64,000 nt of DNA from an uncultured Candidatus Saccharibacteria bacterium (GTDB lineage Bacteria > Patescibacteriota > Minisyncoccia > Phycocordibacterales > UBA918): assembly GCA_964552045.1 (NCBI GenBank), contig CAZKFF010000002.1:3855-67854 (forward strand). The letters run 5' to 3'. Under the pieces are notes generated by a model. The model was not told the DNA's origin and did no database searches. It saw nothing but the letters and a program-made list of their open reading frames with translations. Shown in pieces: positions 19,642 to 28,673 of the stretch (its first letter is position 1; each line of letters starts with the position of its first letter). Both the position numbers and the translations under genes were made by a program.

Positions 19642-20910
19642 ATGAATGAATATCACTACATCAAAGCGCAGGACGAGGAGATCTACACCGCGATAACGGG
19701 GGAGGAACAGCGGGAAATACGCGGACTCGAACTCATCCCGAGCGAGAACTATGTCTCCAAAGCCGTCCGTGAAGCGAACGGCTCGGTCTTGACCAATAAA
19801 TACTCCGAAGGTTACCCGGGCAAGCGCTATTACGGAGGCCAGACTTATACCGACATCGTTGAGACCATTGCCATGGAACGGGCGAAGCAGTTGTTCAACT
19901 GTGAGTATGCGAATGTGCAGCCGTTGTCGGGTGCACCGGCAAACGTCGCGATGTACTTCGCGCTTATGGAACCAGGAGACACGGTTTTGGGGATGGACCT
20001 TTCGCACGGCGGACATCTCACGCACGGACATCCGACCACCGCGATCAATAAGGTATTCAACTTCGTCCGCTACAAGATGAAGAACGTGGATACCGGCGAG
20101 ATCGATTACGATGAGCTTCGGGCAGTGGCGCTTGAACACAAGCCGAAGATCATTCTTGCTGGATTCTCCGCCTACTCACGCGAGCTCGATTATAAGAAGT
20201 TTGTAGCCATCGCCCGGGAAGTGGGCGCGTATGCGGTGGCTGATATGGCGCACATTGCGGGCCTCATCGCAGGCGGAGTTGCACGCAATCCGTTTGATGA
20301 CGGATTCGATGTCATCACCACGACCACGCATAAGACGCTGCGCGGACCTCGAGGCGGCATGATCCTCGTACGTGAAAGCGAGGAGATCGCAAAAAAGATC
20401 AACAAGGCCGTATTCCCGGGGCTGCAGGGAGGGCCGCATATGAATGTGATCGCGGCGAAAGCGGTTGCGTTCGGTGAGGCGCTTGCTCCTGCGTTCAAGG
20501 AATATGCACAGCAAATACTGAAGAATGCGAAAGCAATGGAAGCGGTGTTCAAAATGGAGGGCATTCGCATGCTCGGAGGGGGTACCGACAACCACCTCAT
20601 TCTTGCCGATGTGTACGGCAGCCTGGGCGTCACCGGGCAGGAGGCGGAGACAGTGCTCGACGAGGTGGGCATCACGCTCAATAAGAATATGATCGCGGAC
20701 GAAACACGCAGCGCGCTTGATCCCTCGGGCATCCGCTTCGGTACGCCGGCGATGACCACGCGCGGGATGCATGAAAAAGAGGCGACACTTGTTGCCACAC
20801 TCATGATCGATACGCTCCGCAACAGGGGTGATGTGCAGAAGAAAAATAAGAACAAGGGAGCGGTAGAAGAGCTGTGCAGAGCCTTCCCGGTGCCTGAATC
20901 GTTCATATAG
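19642..20910 (+). CDS. glyA: Serine hydroxymethyltransferase
   Basis: LIPSEN, NKYSEGYPGKRYYGG, TTTTHKTLRGPRGG. Confidence 0.98.
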   Translation: MNEYHYIKAQDEEIYTAITGEEQREIRGLELIPSENYVSKAVREANGSVLTNKYSEGYPGKRYYGGQTYTDIVETIAMERAKQLFNCEYANVQPLSGAPANVAMYFALMEPGDTVLGMDLSHGGHLTHGHPTTAINKVFNFVRYKMKNVDTGEIDYDELRAVALEHKPKIILAGFSAYSRELDYKKFVAIAREVGAYAVADMAHIAGLIAGGVARNPFDDGFDVITTTTHKTLRGPRGGMILVRESEEIAKKINKAVFPGLQGGPHMNVIAAKAVAFGEALAPAFKEYAQQILKNAKAMEAVFKMEGIRMLGGGTDNHLILADVYGSLGVTGQEAETVLDEVGITLNKNMIADETRSALDPSGIRFGTPAMTTRGMHEKEATLVATLMIDTLRNRGDVQKKNKNKGAVEELCRAFPVPESFI

Positions 20911-21176
20911 AAGTCAGATACAAAAACCACCGTCCCACCAGCGGTGTTTTTGCTGTGCTTGCTTTTATTCACATATAGTGTAGTATCTTCACTCCTGGTG
21001 GTTTCTCCGGACCTGCACCCCGCCCCCTTAGGTCTGTTGCAGAGATCATTAGCCCCCGAGACGGCCGCACCTGTGTGGCGCTCTGGGAGGAGGTGTCACA
21101 AAACATAGGGCGGCCGTCTCGGACTCACAACCGGGACGTTTTTTATTTTCTCTCACCTCGGGTATACAATGAACCA

Positions 21177-22262
21177 ATGGTACGAAGACTCAAGGAACTG
21201 TTTGAAAAGCACCGGCATCATTTTTTGACCGTCGCCTTCGTCTTTGGGTTCATTGTCGATAATCTCACGCTCACGCGCGTTGACCAGCTGTTTGATAACG
21301 CCATCCTGCTTACATATATAGTGCTCGCAATGGGGAGCTTCCTTATGCTGTATGCGGGCAGCGCCGGGAAGTTTCCCGAAAAGATGAATCATGCAGTCCG
21401 GCGATATGCGCCGCTTTTCACGCAGTACGCGTTCGGCGGACTCTTCTCCGGCATGCTTATATTCTACGGCCGGAGCGGTTCCTGGATGGTAAGCTGGCCG
21501 TTTTTGCTCATCATTCTTGGCGTCATTTGGGGCAATGAGACGATCAAAGACCGGGTACAGCGGCTCTTGTTTAATATCGCCATGCTCTTCGTGGGACTCT
21601 TTTCATATGTGGTTCTGATCGTGCCGGTTGTTGTGGGGGCAATGGGGGCGCTGGTGTTTGTTGGCAGCGGCATCTTGGCATTGTGCATCATGCTGCTGTT
21701 CATCCGCGTGCTTGCGCTTATTGTGCCGAGGTTCATCGCGCTCCATCAGCGCGCGCTTATCTTTATGATCGGCCTCATTTTTGCGCTGTTCAATTTCTTA
21801 TATTTCGCCAATATCATCCCGCCCATCCCGCTGTCGCTGAAGCAGGTGGGCGTCTACCACAGCGTGGTGCGCTTTGAGGACGGTTCATACCAGCTGAAGT
21901 ACGAGGAGGGCGACTGGTGGCAGTTCTACAAAGCATCAGACGACATCTTCCATCCGGTAGCGGGCGGCAATGTATTCTGCTTCGCGAAAGTGTTCGCCCC
22001 AACGACCATCCAGACCGATATCTATCACACGTGGGAATATTATTCAGAGGACGAGGGGAAGTGGATCGAGCATGCGCGGCTCTCGTATCCGATCGTCGGC
22101 GGCGGCGCTGAGGGCTACCGCGGGTATACGCTTATAGAGAATTACCGCGACGGCACTTGGCGGTGTACTGTGGAGACTGCCCGTGGACAGGTGCTCGGAC
22201 GGGAGGTGTTCAAGGTGGATACGCAGCATCCAGTGCGGGAATTCCAGACGCGCCGCGAATAG
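21177..22262 (+). CDS. DUF2914-like membrane protein
   Basis: Multi-TM N-terminal half; C-terminal domain with GYRGYT...GTWRCTVET. Confidence 0.75.
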   Translation: MVRRLKELFEKHRHHFLTVAFVFGFIVDNLTLTRVDQLFDNAILLTYIVLAMGSFLMLYAGSAGKFPEKMNHAVRRYAPLFTQYAFGGLFSGMLIFYGRSGSWMVSWPFLLIILGVIWGNETIKDRVQRLLFNIAMLFVGLFSYVVLIVPVVVGAMGALVFVGSGILALCIMLLFIRVLALIVPRFIALHQRALIFMIGLIFALFNFLYFANIIPPIPLSLKQVGVYHSVVRFEDGSYQLKYEEGDWWQFYKASDDIFHPVAGGNVFCFAKVFAPTTIQTDIYHTWEYYSEDEGKWIEHARLSYPIVGGGAEGYRGYTLIENYRDGTWRCTVETARGQVLGREVFKVDTQHPVREFQTRRE

Positions 22263-22304
22263 TGATGGATAAATATCCGGTTTTGATATAGTGTAGCTAC
22301 CAAT

Positions 22305-23984
22305 ATGGAAGATGTCATCAGAACGGCAGTGGCGGACGCACTTGTGAAGCTCGGATTCACGGGGAAGGATTTCGTGATCGAGCATCCGGAAAATCTCGCG
22401 TTCGGCGACTACGCGTGCAACGCGGCGATGGTTTGTGCCAAACAGGCGGGGAAGAATCCGCGAGCGCTTGCAGAGGAGATCAGAGACGCACTTGCTGGGC
22501 AGATCGAATACGTGGAGCGCATCGAGGTTGCCGGAGCGGGCTTTTTGAATTTTTACCTCGCGCGCGAATTTTTCGCTGAAGAGATCGCCCGGATCGCAGC
22601 ACTCAAAGAGAACTGGGGAAGAAACGCACTCTGCGAAGACACAATGGTGCTTCTTGAATACACGAGCCCGAACCTGTTCAAGCCGTTGCATGTTGGCAAC
22701 CTGGTCGGCAACATCGTGGGCGAGGCTATAAGCAGGCTGTTCGCTTTCTGCGGTGCGGAGGTCAAGCGCATCAACTACCCGTCGGATATCGGTCTTACGG
22801 TAGCAAAGGGTGTCTGGGGTCTGCAGCAGACTGGCGGCGATCCCGAAGACATCCTTGCGCTCGGAGAAGCATATCGCGTCGGCAATGATGCCTACGAGCA
22901 CAATGCGGATGCGAAGCTGCAGATCGAGTCGGTGAACCGCTCTCTGTATGCGGGTGATGATGCGGCGCTCAATGAGCTCCGTGCAAAAGGATTGCGCACT
23001 TCAAAAGCGAAGCTCGATGCGCTGTGCGCGCTGCTCGGCACCTCATTCGATGCGGTCATCTACGAAAGTGAAGCTGGCCCGCAGGGGACACAGATCGTAA
23101 AAGCGCACACCGGAACGGTGTTTGAAGAAAGCGAGGGTGCAATTGTCTATAAGGGAGAAAAAGCAGGACTGCACACTCGCGTGTTCCTCAATTCGCAGGG
23201 CCTGCCGACATATGAAGCGAAGGATTTGGGCAATTTTGCGATCAAGCAGGAGCGGTACCCACAGTGGGATGTTTCCATTATCGTTACCGGCAATGAGCAG
23301 AGTGAGTACTTCAAGGTCGAGTACGCGGCCATCCGGGATGTGTTCGGCGTGCCTGAGCACAAAAAGCTCGTGCATATTCCGACAGGTTTCCTCACGCTCA
23401 CAACCGGCAAGATGTCCTCGCGCAAAGGAAACGTGCTCACGGGCGAATCGCTCCTGGAAGCACTGCAGGAAGAATCGAAGAAACGCGCCGAAGAGAGCCG
23501 TGCAGAAGATGTCCGTGCGCTTGCAGAGATGGTCGCGGTTGCCGCTCTGAAGTATCAGATCCTCAAACACGGTATCGGTTCGAACATTGTCTTCGACAAA
23601 GAGAAAGCACTTTCATTCGAGGGCGATTCCGGTCCGTATCTGCAGTACACGTATGCCCGCATCGGTTCAGTAATCGAAAAGGCGCAGGCGGTTGGCATCG
23701 CGCCATCTGTTGCCGTACCACCGGCAATCGTATACGACATTGAGAAGGTGCTGTACCGTTTTGAAGAAGTGGTGCGCGATGCGATCGAAGCGTATGAACC
23801 GCAGGGCATCATCACGTATCTGACGCAGCTGTGCGGCATGTTCAATTCATTTTATGCTCATGAGAAGATCGCTGATGCAGATGATGTGTATGCGCCGTAT
23901 AAATTGGCCCTGGCACAGAGCGTCCGCTTGACGCTCCACAACGGCCTGTCTGTCCTCGGCATGCAGGCTCCCGAACGTATGTAG
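22305..23984 (+). CDS. argS: Arginine--tRNA ligase
   Basis: FGDYA, EYTSPN..KPLHVGN, KMSSRKG, GDSGPYLQY, APERM. Confidence 0.97.
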   Translation: MEDVIRTAVADALVKLGFTGKDFVIEHPENLAFGDYACNAAMVCAKQAGKNPRALAEEIRDALAGQIEYVERIEVAGAGFLNFYLAREFFAEEIARIAALKENWGRNALCEDTMVLLEYTSPNLFKPLHVGNLVGNIVGEAISRLFAFCGAEVKRINYPSDIGLTVAKGVWGLQQTGGDPEDILALGEAYRVGNDAYEHNADAKLQIESVNRSLYAGDDAALNELRAKGLRTSKAKLDALCALLGTSFDAVIYESEAGPQGTQIVKAHTGTVFEESEGAIVYKGEKAGLHTRVFLNSQGLPTYEAKDLGNFAIKQERYPQWDVSIIVTGNEQSEYFKVEYAAIRDVFGVPEHKKLVHIPTGFLTLTTGKMSSRKGNVLTGESLLEALQEESKKRAEESRAEDVRALAEMVAVAALKYQILKHGIGSNIVFDKEKALSFEGDSGPYLQYTYARIGSVIEKAQAVGIAPSVAVPPAIVYDIEKVLYRFEEVVRDAIEAYEPQGIITYLTQLCGMFNSFYAHEKIADADDVYAPYKLALAQSVRLTLHNGLSVLGMQAPERM

Positions 23985-24055
23985 TATTCTTTTCGCTTGC
24001 GTTTGCGGCAGTTTTTGCTTTACTAAGAAGTGCCCAGACAGGAAAGGAATCAACG

Positions 24056-24310
24056 ATGATTGCTGGACAATCCTTTAACCTGCTGGAGGCAATCTATCTG
24101 GTAGTCTGGATCGCTGTTCTCTACCTCGTTTGTATGACGGTGCTGCTCAATATCCGCAGCATTGCACGGGCAGCGTGGCGGTTGCTTTCGTCACTGCTGC
24201 AGCCTGCGCTCGCAGTTTTTGCCGAGGGATCGCGCTTCCGTGCGCGTATCCTTCGGCATGAACGCCGCGTGCAGCGTCACCAGGCGTGGATGAAGACGCT
24301 TCCACACTAA
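24056..24310 (+). CDS. Small hypothetical membrane protein
   Basis: AAAGGA RBS, N-terminal TM, basic C-terminus. Confidence 0.55.
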   Translation: MIAGQSFNLLEAIYLVVWIAVLYLVCMTVLLNIRSIARAAWRLLSSLLQPALAVFAEGSRFRARILRHERRVQRHQAWMKTLPH

Positions 24311-24440
24311 AGGGGTCAAACAGGGGGTCGCGGCAACGCGCTGCGCCCCCCATCTTTCCAAGGCGATAAAAGATGCTAGGATACAAAGGCATGTCTGATA
24401 CACATGCTTTTATTATGTCTGATATACATAACCATCTCAT

Positions 24441-27400
24441 ATGCAAACTCCAAAGAATACCGGCATTGGTGCTGAAAAAAGCGAAGTAGCGCTCCGCGAA
24501 GAGGAGGTGCTTGCGTTCTGGCGCGAGCACGATATTTTTCATAAAAGTCTCACCAAGGAAGCGCCCAAGGGCGATTTTATATTTTATGACGGGCCGCCGT
24601 TTGCAACGGGGCTTCCGCACTACGGCCACATCCTCGCCGGCACGATCAAAGACGCGATCCCGCGCTTCTGGACGATGAACGGCTATCGTGTGCCGCGCAA
24701 GTGGGGATGGGACTGCCATGGGCTTCCGCTTGAGAACCTCATCGAGAAGAAGCTCGGATTGGCGACCAAGCGCGACATAGAAGAGTACGGCGTGCAGAAT
24801 TTCAATGAAGCTGCGCGCGGTGCGGTTTTGGAGTACGCCGATGACTGGCGGCAGATTATTCCCCGCATGGGTCGATGGGTGGATATGGAGGATGACTACA
24901 AGACCATGGACTCGGCCTACACCGAAAGCGTATGGTGGGTATTCTCAGAGCTCCACAAAAAAGGACTGGTATATGAAGGATTCAAAAGCATGCATCTGTG
25001 TCCTCGCTGCGGCACCACGCTCTCAAACTTCGAGGTCAACCAGGGATACAAAGATATCAAGGATATTGCGGTGACGGTAAAGCTGCCGCTCTCTGACGAG
25101 CCCAATACGTCGCTTCTGGTGTGGACTACAACCCCATGGACACTGCCGGGGAACATGGCCGCGGCGGTACATAAAGATGGATTATATGTAAGTGCGACTG
25201 TTGAAAAAGTGGAGGGCCAATTACAGGGATTAGGACTTGCGAAGGGTGAGACATACATCTATGCGCAAGATTGTGAAGCCAATGTCTTTGGAGGAGACTC
25301 GGGAGTTTTAGAAGGGGCAGAGTTCGGCAAACGTGTTATCAACCTGAAAGGAGCAAATATTTATCTAGAGAACTACAAAGAATTTAAGGGATCGGCGCTT
25401 GTCGGGAAAAGGTATGTCCCGCCGTTTGACTATTTCCGCGAGCGTGACTTCGCGGGAAAAGAGAACGCATGGAAGATCTACCATGCGGATTACGTCGAGC
25501 TCGGTGAAGAGGGAACCGGCGCAGTGCATCTCGCTCCCGCATACGGAGAGGACGACATGAACCTCGCAAAGGAGCACAATATCCCGATTGTGCACCATGT
25601 GGACACTGAAGGACACTTCATGGATTTCGTCACTGATTTCGCGGGGCAGCTGGTAAAGCCGAAGGACGACGACGATGCACGCATCACGCACCTTGATGCG
25701 GACATTGAGGTGCTGAAGAAGCTCCAGGAGGAACGGGATGAGTACGGAAGCCGGCTCTTTCGCAAGGAGAACATCACCCACAGTTATCCGCACTGCTGGC
25801 GGTGCGACACGCCGCTTCTGAACTATGCGACCACGTCTTGGTTCGTTGAGGTCACCAAGATCAGGGATCAGCTGGTGGCAGAGAACAGCACGGTGCAGTG
25901 GGTACCTGAGCACGTGGGAACCAGCCGCTTCGGCAAATGGCTGGAGAACGCCCGCGACTGGGCGATCAGCCGGCAGCGCTACTGGGGCGCGCCGCTGCCC
26001 ATCTGGAGGAATCCGAAGACCAAAGAATATAAAGTGTTCGGGTCGCTGCATGACCTGCAGCAGCATGTACGCAAAAGCGGCAATACGTACCTGATCATGC
26101 GCCACGCAGAAGCGCAGAGCAACATAACGGGGCTCATCGATTCCATTCCTGACGAGAACAATCCGCTGACTGAAAAAGGGATAGAGCAGTGCGCAGCGGC
26201 TGCCGCACAGCTGAAGGATAAAAAGGTCGATCTCATTTTCCATTCGGGCATGCAGCGCACGCGAGACACAGCGCTGCGCGTGGCGCAGGCACTCGGACTT
26301 CCCCAGGAGAGTGTCATCGAAGACCGAAGGCTCCAGGAGCTGCAGACCGGCGTGGGTCTTGAAGGGAAAACCTGGGACGATTATGAGGCGCATTTTGAAA
26401 CTCCCGAGGAAAAGTTCACGAAGGTCATTCCGGGGGTTGAGAACCGCACCGATGTGCTCAAGCGCACCGGTGAGTTCCTCTATGAGGTAGACGGGAAGTA
26501 TAGCGGGAACACGATCCTCATCATCGGACATGCGAGCTCGACGTTCTCGCTGCGGAGCGTCGCTGAAGGGGCGGACATCTCCCGCAGTCTGGAAATTCGT
26601 GCGGAGGGGTATATGGAGAACGCGCAGATACTGGAATTGCCGTTCACGCCGATGCCGCACAACGACAGCTACACCCTCGATTATCACCGCCCGTACATTG
26701 ATGCTATACAGCTGTTCGAGAAGGACGGCACGCCGCTTGTGCGCGTGCCTGATGTCTTCGACTGCTGGTTCGAATCGGGATCAATGCCGTATGCGCAGAA
26801 TCATTATCCATTCGAGAACCTTGATGTGTTCAATGCGGCGAACGGAAAGGGATTTCCTGCGCAGTTCATCTCAGAGAGCATCGACCAGACGCGCGGCTGG
26901 TTCTATTCGATGATGGTGCTCGGCGTCGCGCTCTTCGGCAGATCACCGTATGAGCATGTGGTCACCAACGGCCTCGTGCTTGCCGAAGACGGAAAGAAGA
27001 TGTCGAAAAAGCTGCAGAACTATCCGGATCCGGTTGAGCTCGCGAACCGCGTCGGAGCGGACGCCATACGGTTCTATATGCTCTCCTCTTCCATCATTCG
27101 GGGAGAAGATCTCAACTTTTCTGAAAAAGGGGTACTGGAGCTGCAGCGGAAGAACATCGGACGCCTGCACAATGTACTCGCGATGTATGAGATGTTTGCC
27201 GACGCCACGCAGGCGCGCGCTTCTTCAGAACACGTGCTTGACCGCTGGATCGTGTCGCGCCTCCATGAGCTCGTCGCGGAATCGACCCAGGGCTTCAAAA
27301 ACTACGAGCTCGACAAGGCGACCCGTCCGGTGACGGACTTCATCGACGACGTATCCGTATGGTATCTGCGCCGCTCGCGCGACCGGTTCAAGTCAGACGA

Positions 27401-28067
27401 CGAGGCAGACCGCCAGTGCGCACTTTCGACCCTGCGGTATGTGCTTCAGACGCTTGCGCTTGTTCTGGCGCCGTCCATGCCGTTCTACGCCGAGTATCTG
27501 TGGGGAAGGGTGAGGGAGGATGACGCGCCAGAAAGCGTGCATCTTGCTTCCTGGCCGCAGGGAGGAGCGATCGACGCCGATCTTCAGAACGCGATGAAGG
27601 AAGTACGCGATATCGTTTCCCTTGCCCTTGAGGAGCGCACCAGATCGGGTATCAAAGTGCGCCAGCCGCTTTCGATGTTGTTCCTCCGCGAAGACAGCAT
27701 CGTGCGGCACGAACCGTACCGCAGCCTTGTGCTCGATGAAGTGAATGTCAAAGAGATCGATCATAAGCCGCATATTGAGAACAGAGTGGCACTCGATACG
27801 CAGATCACCCCTGAGCTTCGGGCAGAAGGGGACGTCCGTGAATTTGTCCGTCAGGTGCAGGACATGCGCAAACAGGCAGGATTGCAGCCGAGGGACCGCA
27901 TCGTGCTGTGCATCCAGACCTCGAAGGAAGGAGAAATGATGATAGACCTGTACCGTCGGGAGATAGAGAAGATCGTGGGTGCCGAACTGATCGCATTCAG
28001 CGAGAACAATGGGCAGGAGCTGCGCGCCGGCGAGCATTCGTTCACCGTCACGCTCGAGAAGCGATAG
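24441..28067 (+). CDS. ileS: Isoleucine--tRNA ligase (type 2) with inserted histidine-phosphatase domain
   Basis: DGPPFATGLPHYGH, WTTTPWTLP, DWAISRQRYWG, DQTRGWF, KMSKK; internal MRHAEAQSN domain. Confidence 0.96.
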   Translation: MQTPKNTGIGAEKSEVALREEEVLAFWREHDIFHKSLTKEAPKGDFIFYDGPPFATGLPHYGHILAGTIKDAIPRFWTMNGYRVPRKWGWDCHGLPLENLIEKKLGLATKRDIEEYGVQNFNEAARGAVLEYADDWRQIIPRMGRWVDMEDDYKTMDSAYTESVWWVFSELHKKGLVYEGFKSMHLCPRCGTTLSNFEVNQGYKDIKDIAVTVKLPLSDEPNTSLLVWTTTPWTLPGNMAAAVHKDGLYVSATVEKVEGQLQGLGLAKGETYIYAQDCEANVFGGDSGVLEGAEFGKRVINLKGANIYLENYKEFKGSALVGKRYVPPFDYFRERDFAGKENAWKIYHADYVELGEEGTGAVHLAPAYGEDDMNLAKEHNIPIVHHVDTEGHFMDFVTDFAGQLVKPKDDDDARITHLDADIEVLKKLQEERDEYGSRLFRKENITHSYPHCWRCDTPLLNYATTSWFVEVTKIRDQLVAENSTVQWVPEHVGTSRFGKWLENARDWAISRQRYWGAPLPIWRNPKTKEYKVFGSLHDLQQHVRKSGNTYLIMRHAEAQSNITGLIDSIPDENNPLTEKGIEQCAAAAAQLKDKKVDLIFHSGMQRTRDTALRVAQALGLPQESVIEDRRLQELQTGVGLEGKTWDDYEAHFETPEEKFTKVIPGVENRTDVLKRTGEFLYEVDGKYSGNTILIIGHASSTFSLRSVAEGADISRSLEIRAEGYMENAQILELPFTPMPHNDSYTLDYHRPYIDAIQLFEKDGTPLVRVPDVFDCWFESGSMPYAQNHYPFENLDVFNAANGKGFPAQFISESIDQTRGWFYSMMVLGVALFGRSPYEHVVTNGLVLAEDGKKMSKKLQNYPDPVELANRVGADAIRFYMLSSSIIRGEDLNFSEKGVLELQRKNIGRLHNVLAMYEMFADATQARASSEHVLDRWIVSRLHELVAESTQGFKNYELDKATRPVTDFIDDVSVWYLRRSRDRFKSDDEADRQCALSTLRYVLQTLALVLAPSMPFYAEYLWGRVREDDAPESVHLASWPQGGAIDADLQNAMKEVRDIVSLALEERTRSGIKVRQPLSMLFLREDSIVRHEPYRSLVLDEVNVKEIDHKPHIENRVALDTQITPELRAEGDVREFVRQVQDMRKQAGLQPRDRIVLCIQTSKEGEMMIDLYRREIEKIVGAELIAFSENNGQELRAGEHSFTVTLEKR

Positions 28068-28071
28068 GCAG

Positions 28072-28653
28072 ATGTCATACAAAACATACACAACAGAGGC
28101 TATCGTGTGCGGCAGCACGCACCACAACACCTCGGATAAGCATTATCTGCTGTTCTGTAGGGACGCCGGGATGGTATACGCAAGTGCGCGAAGCGTGCGG
28201 GAAGAACGGTCTAAACAGCGATACGCACTTCAGGATTTTTCACATGTTCGTATCTCACTGCTGAAAGGGAAGAACGGATGGCGCGTGGGGAGCGTCGAAT
28301 CCTTCGGCAATGCGTTTCTGCGCGCGGAGAACCGGGCGCAGCGGGGACACATCAATTTCCTCTTCAACCAGCTGCGCCGCTACGTGCATGGTGAAGTGCC
28401 CGTCCCCCGCGCATATGCGGACATGGAATGGATATTCGCACACCAGGGTGCACTGCAGCAGGAGGGTGTGCTCATACAGCAGCTGTTTGTGCTGCGGCTT
28501 CTTGCCGAACTCGGCTATATCGCATCCGAGGAAAGCTGGAAAAGCCTACTGACTGCACCGACAATACAGGAAGCCTGTTCAGCGTATGTACCGGCTATGG
28601 AGGGAGCCATTGCGCGTGTCATCAGATCCGCAGCGGAGGCAAGTCACTTATAA
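28072..28653 (+). CDS. recO: DNA repair protein RecO-like
   Basis: TTEAIV...DK...L..RDAG.V.A.ARSVR...SK OB-fold N-terminus; LRLLAELGY. Confidence 0.8.
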   Translation: MSYKTYTTEAIVCGSTHHNTSDKHYLLFCRDAGMVYASARSVREERSKQRYALQDFSHVRISLLKGKNGWRVGSVESFGNAFLRAENRAQRGHINFLFNQLRRYVHGEVPVPRAYADMEWIFAHQGALQQEGVLIQQLFVLRLLAELGYIASEESWKSLLTAPTIQEACSAYVPAMEGAIARVIRSAAEASHL

Positions 28654-28673
28654 GTGCTATACTTAGAAGACGT

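Noticed and set aside
25365-26687. 440-aa antisense ORF within ileS (and similar long antisense ORFs, e.g. 46869-47600)
   Set aside because: Expected shadows of codon-biased genes; no motifs of their own.
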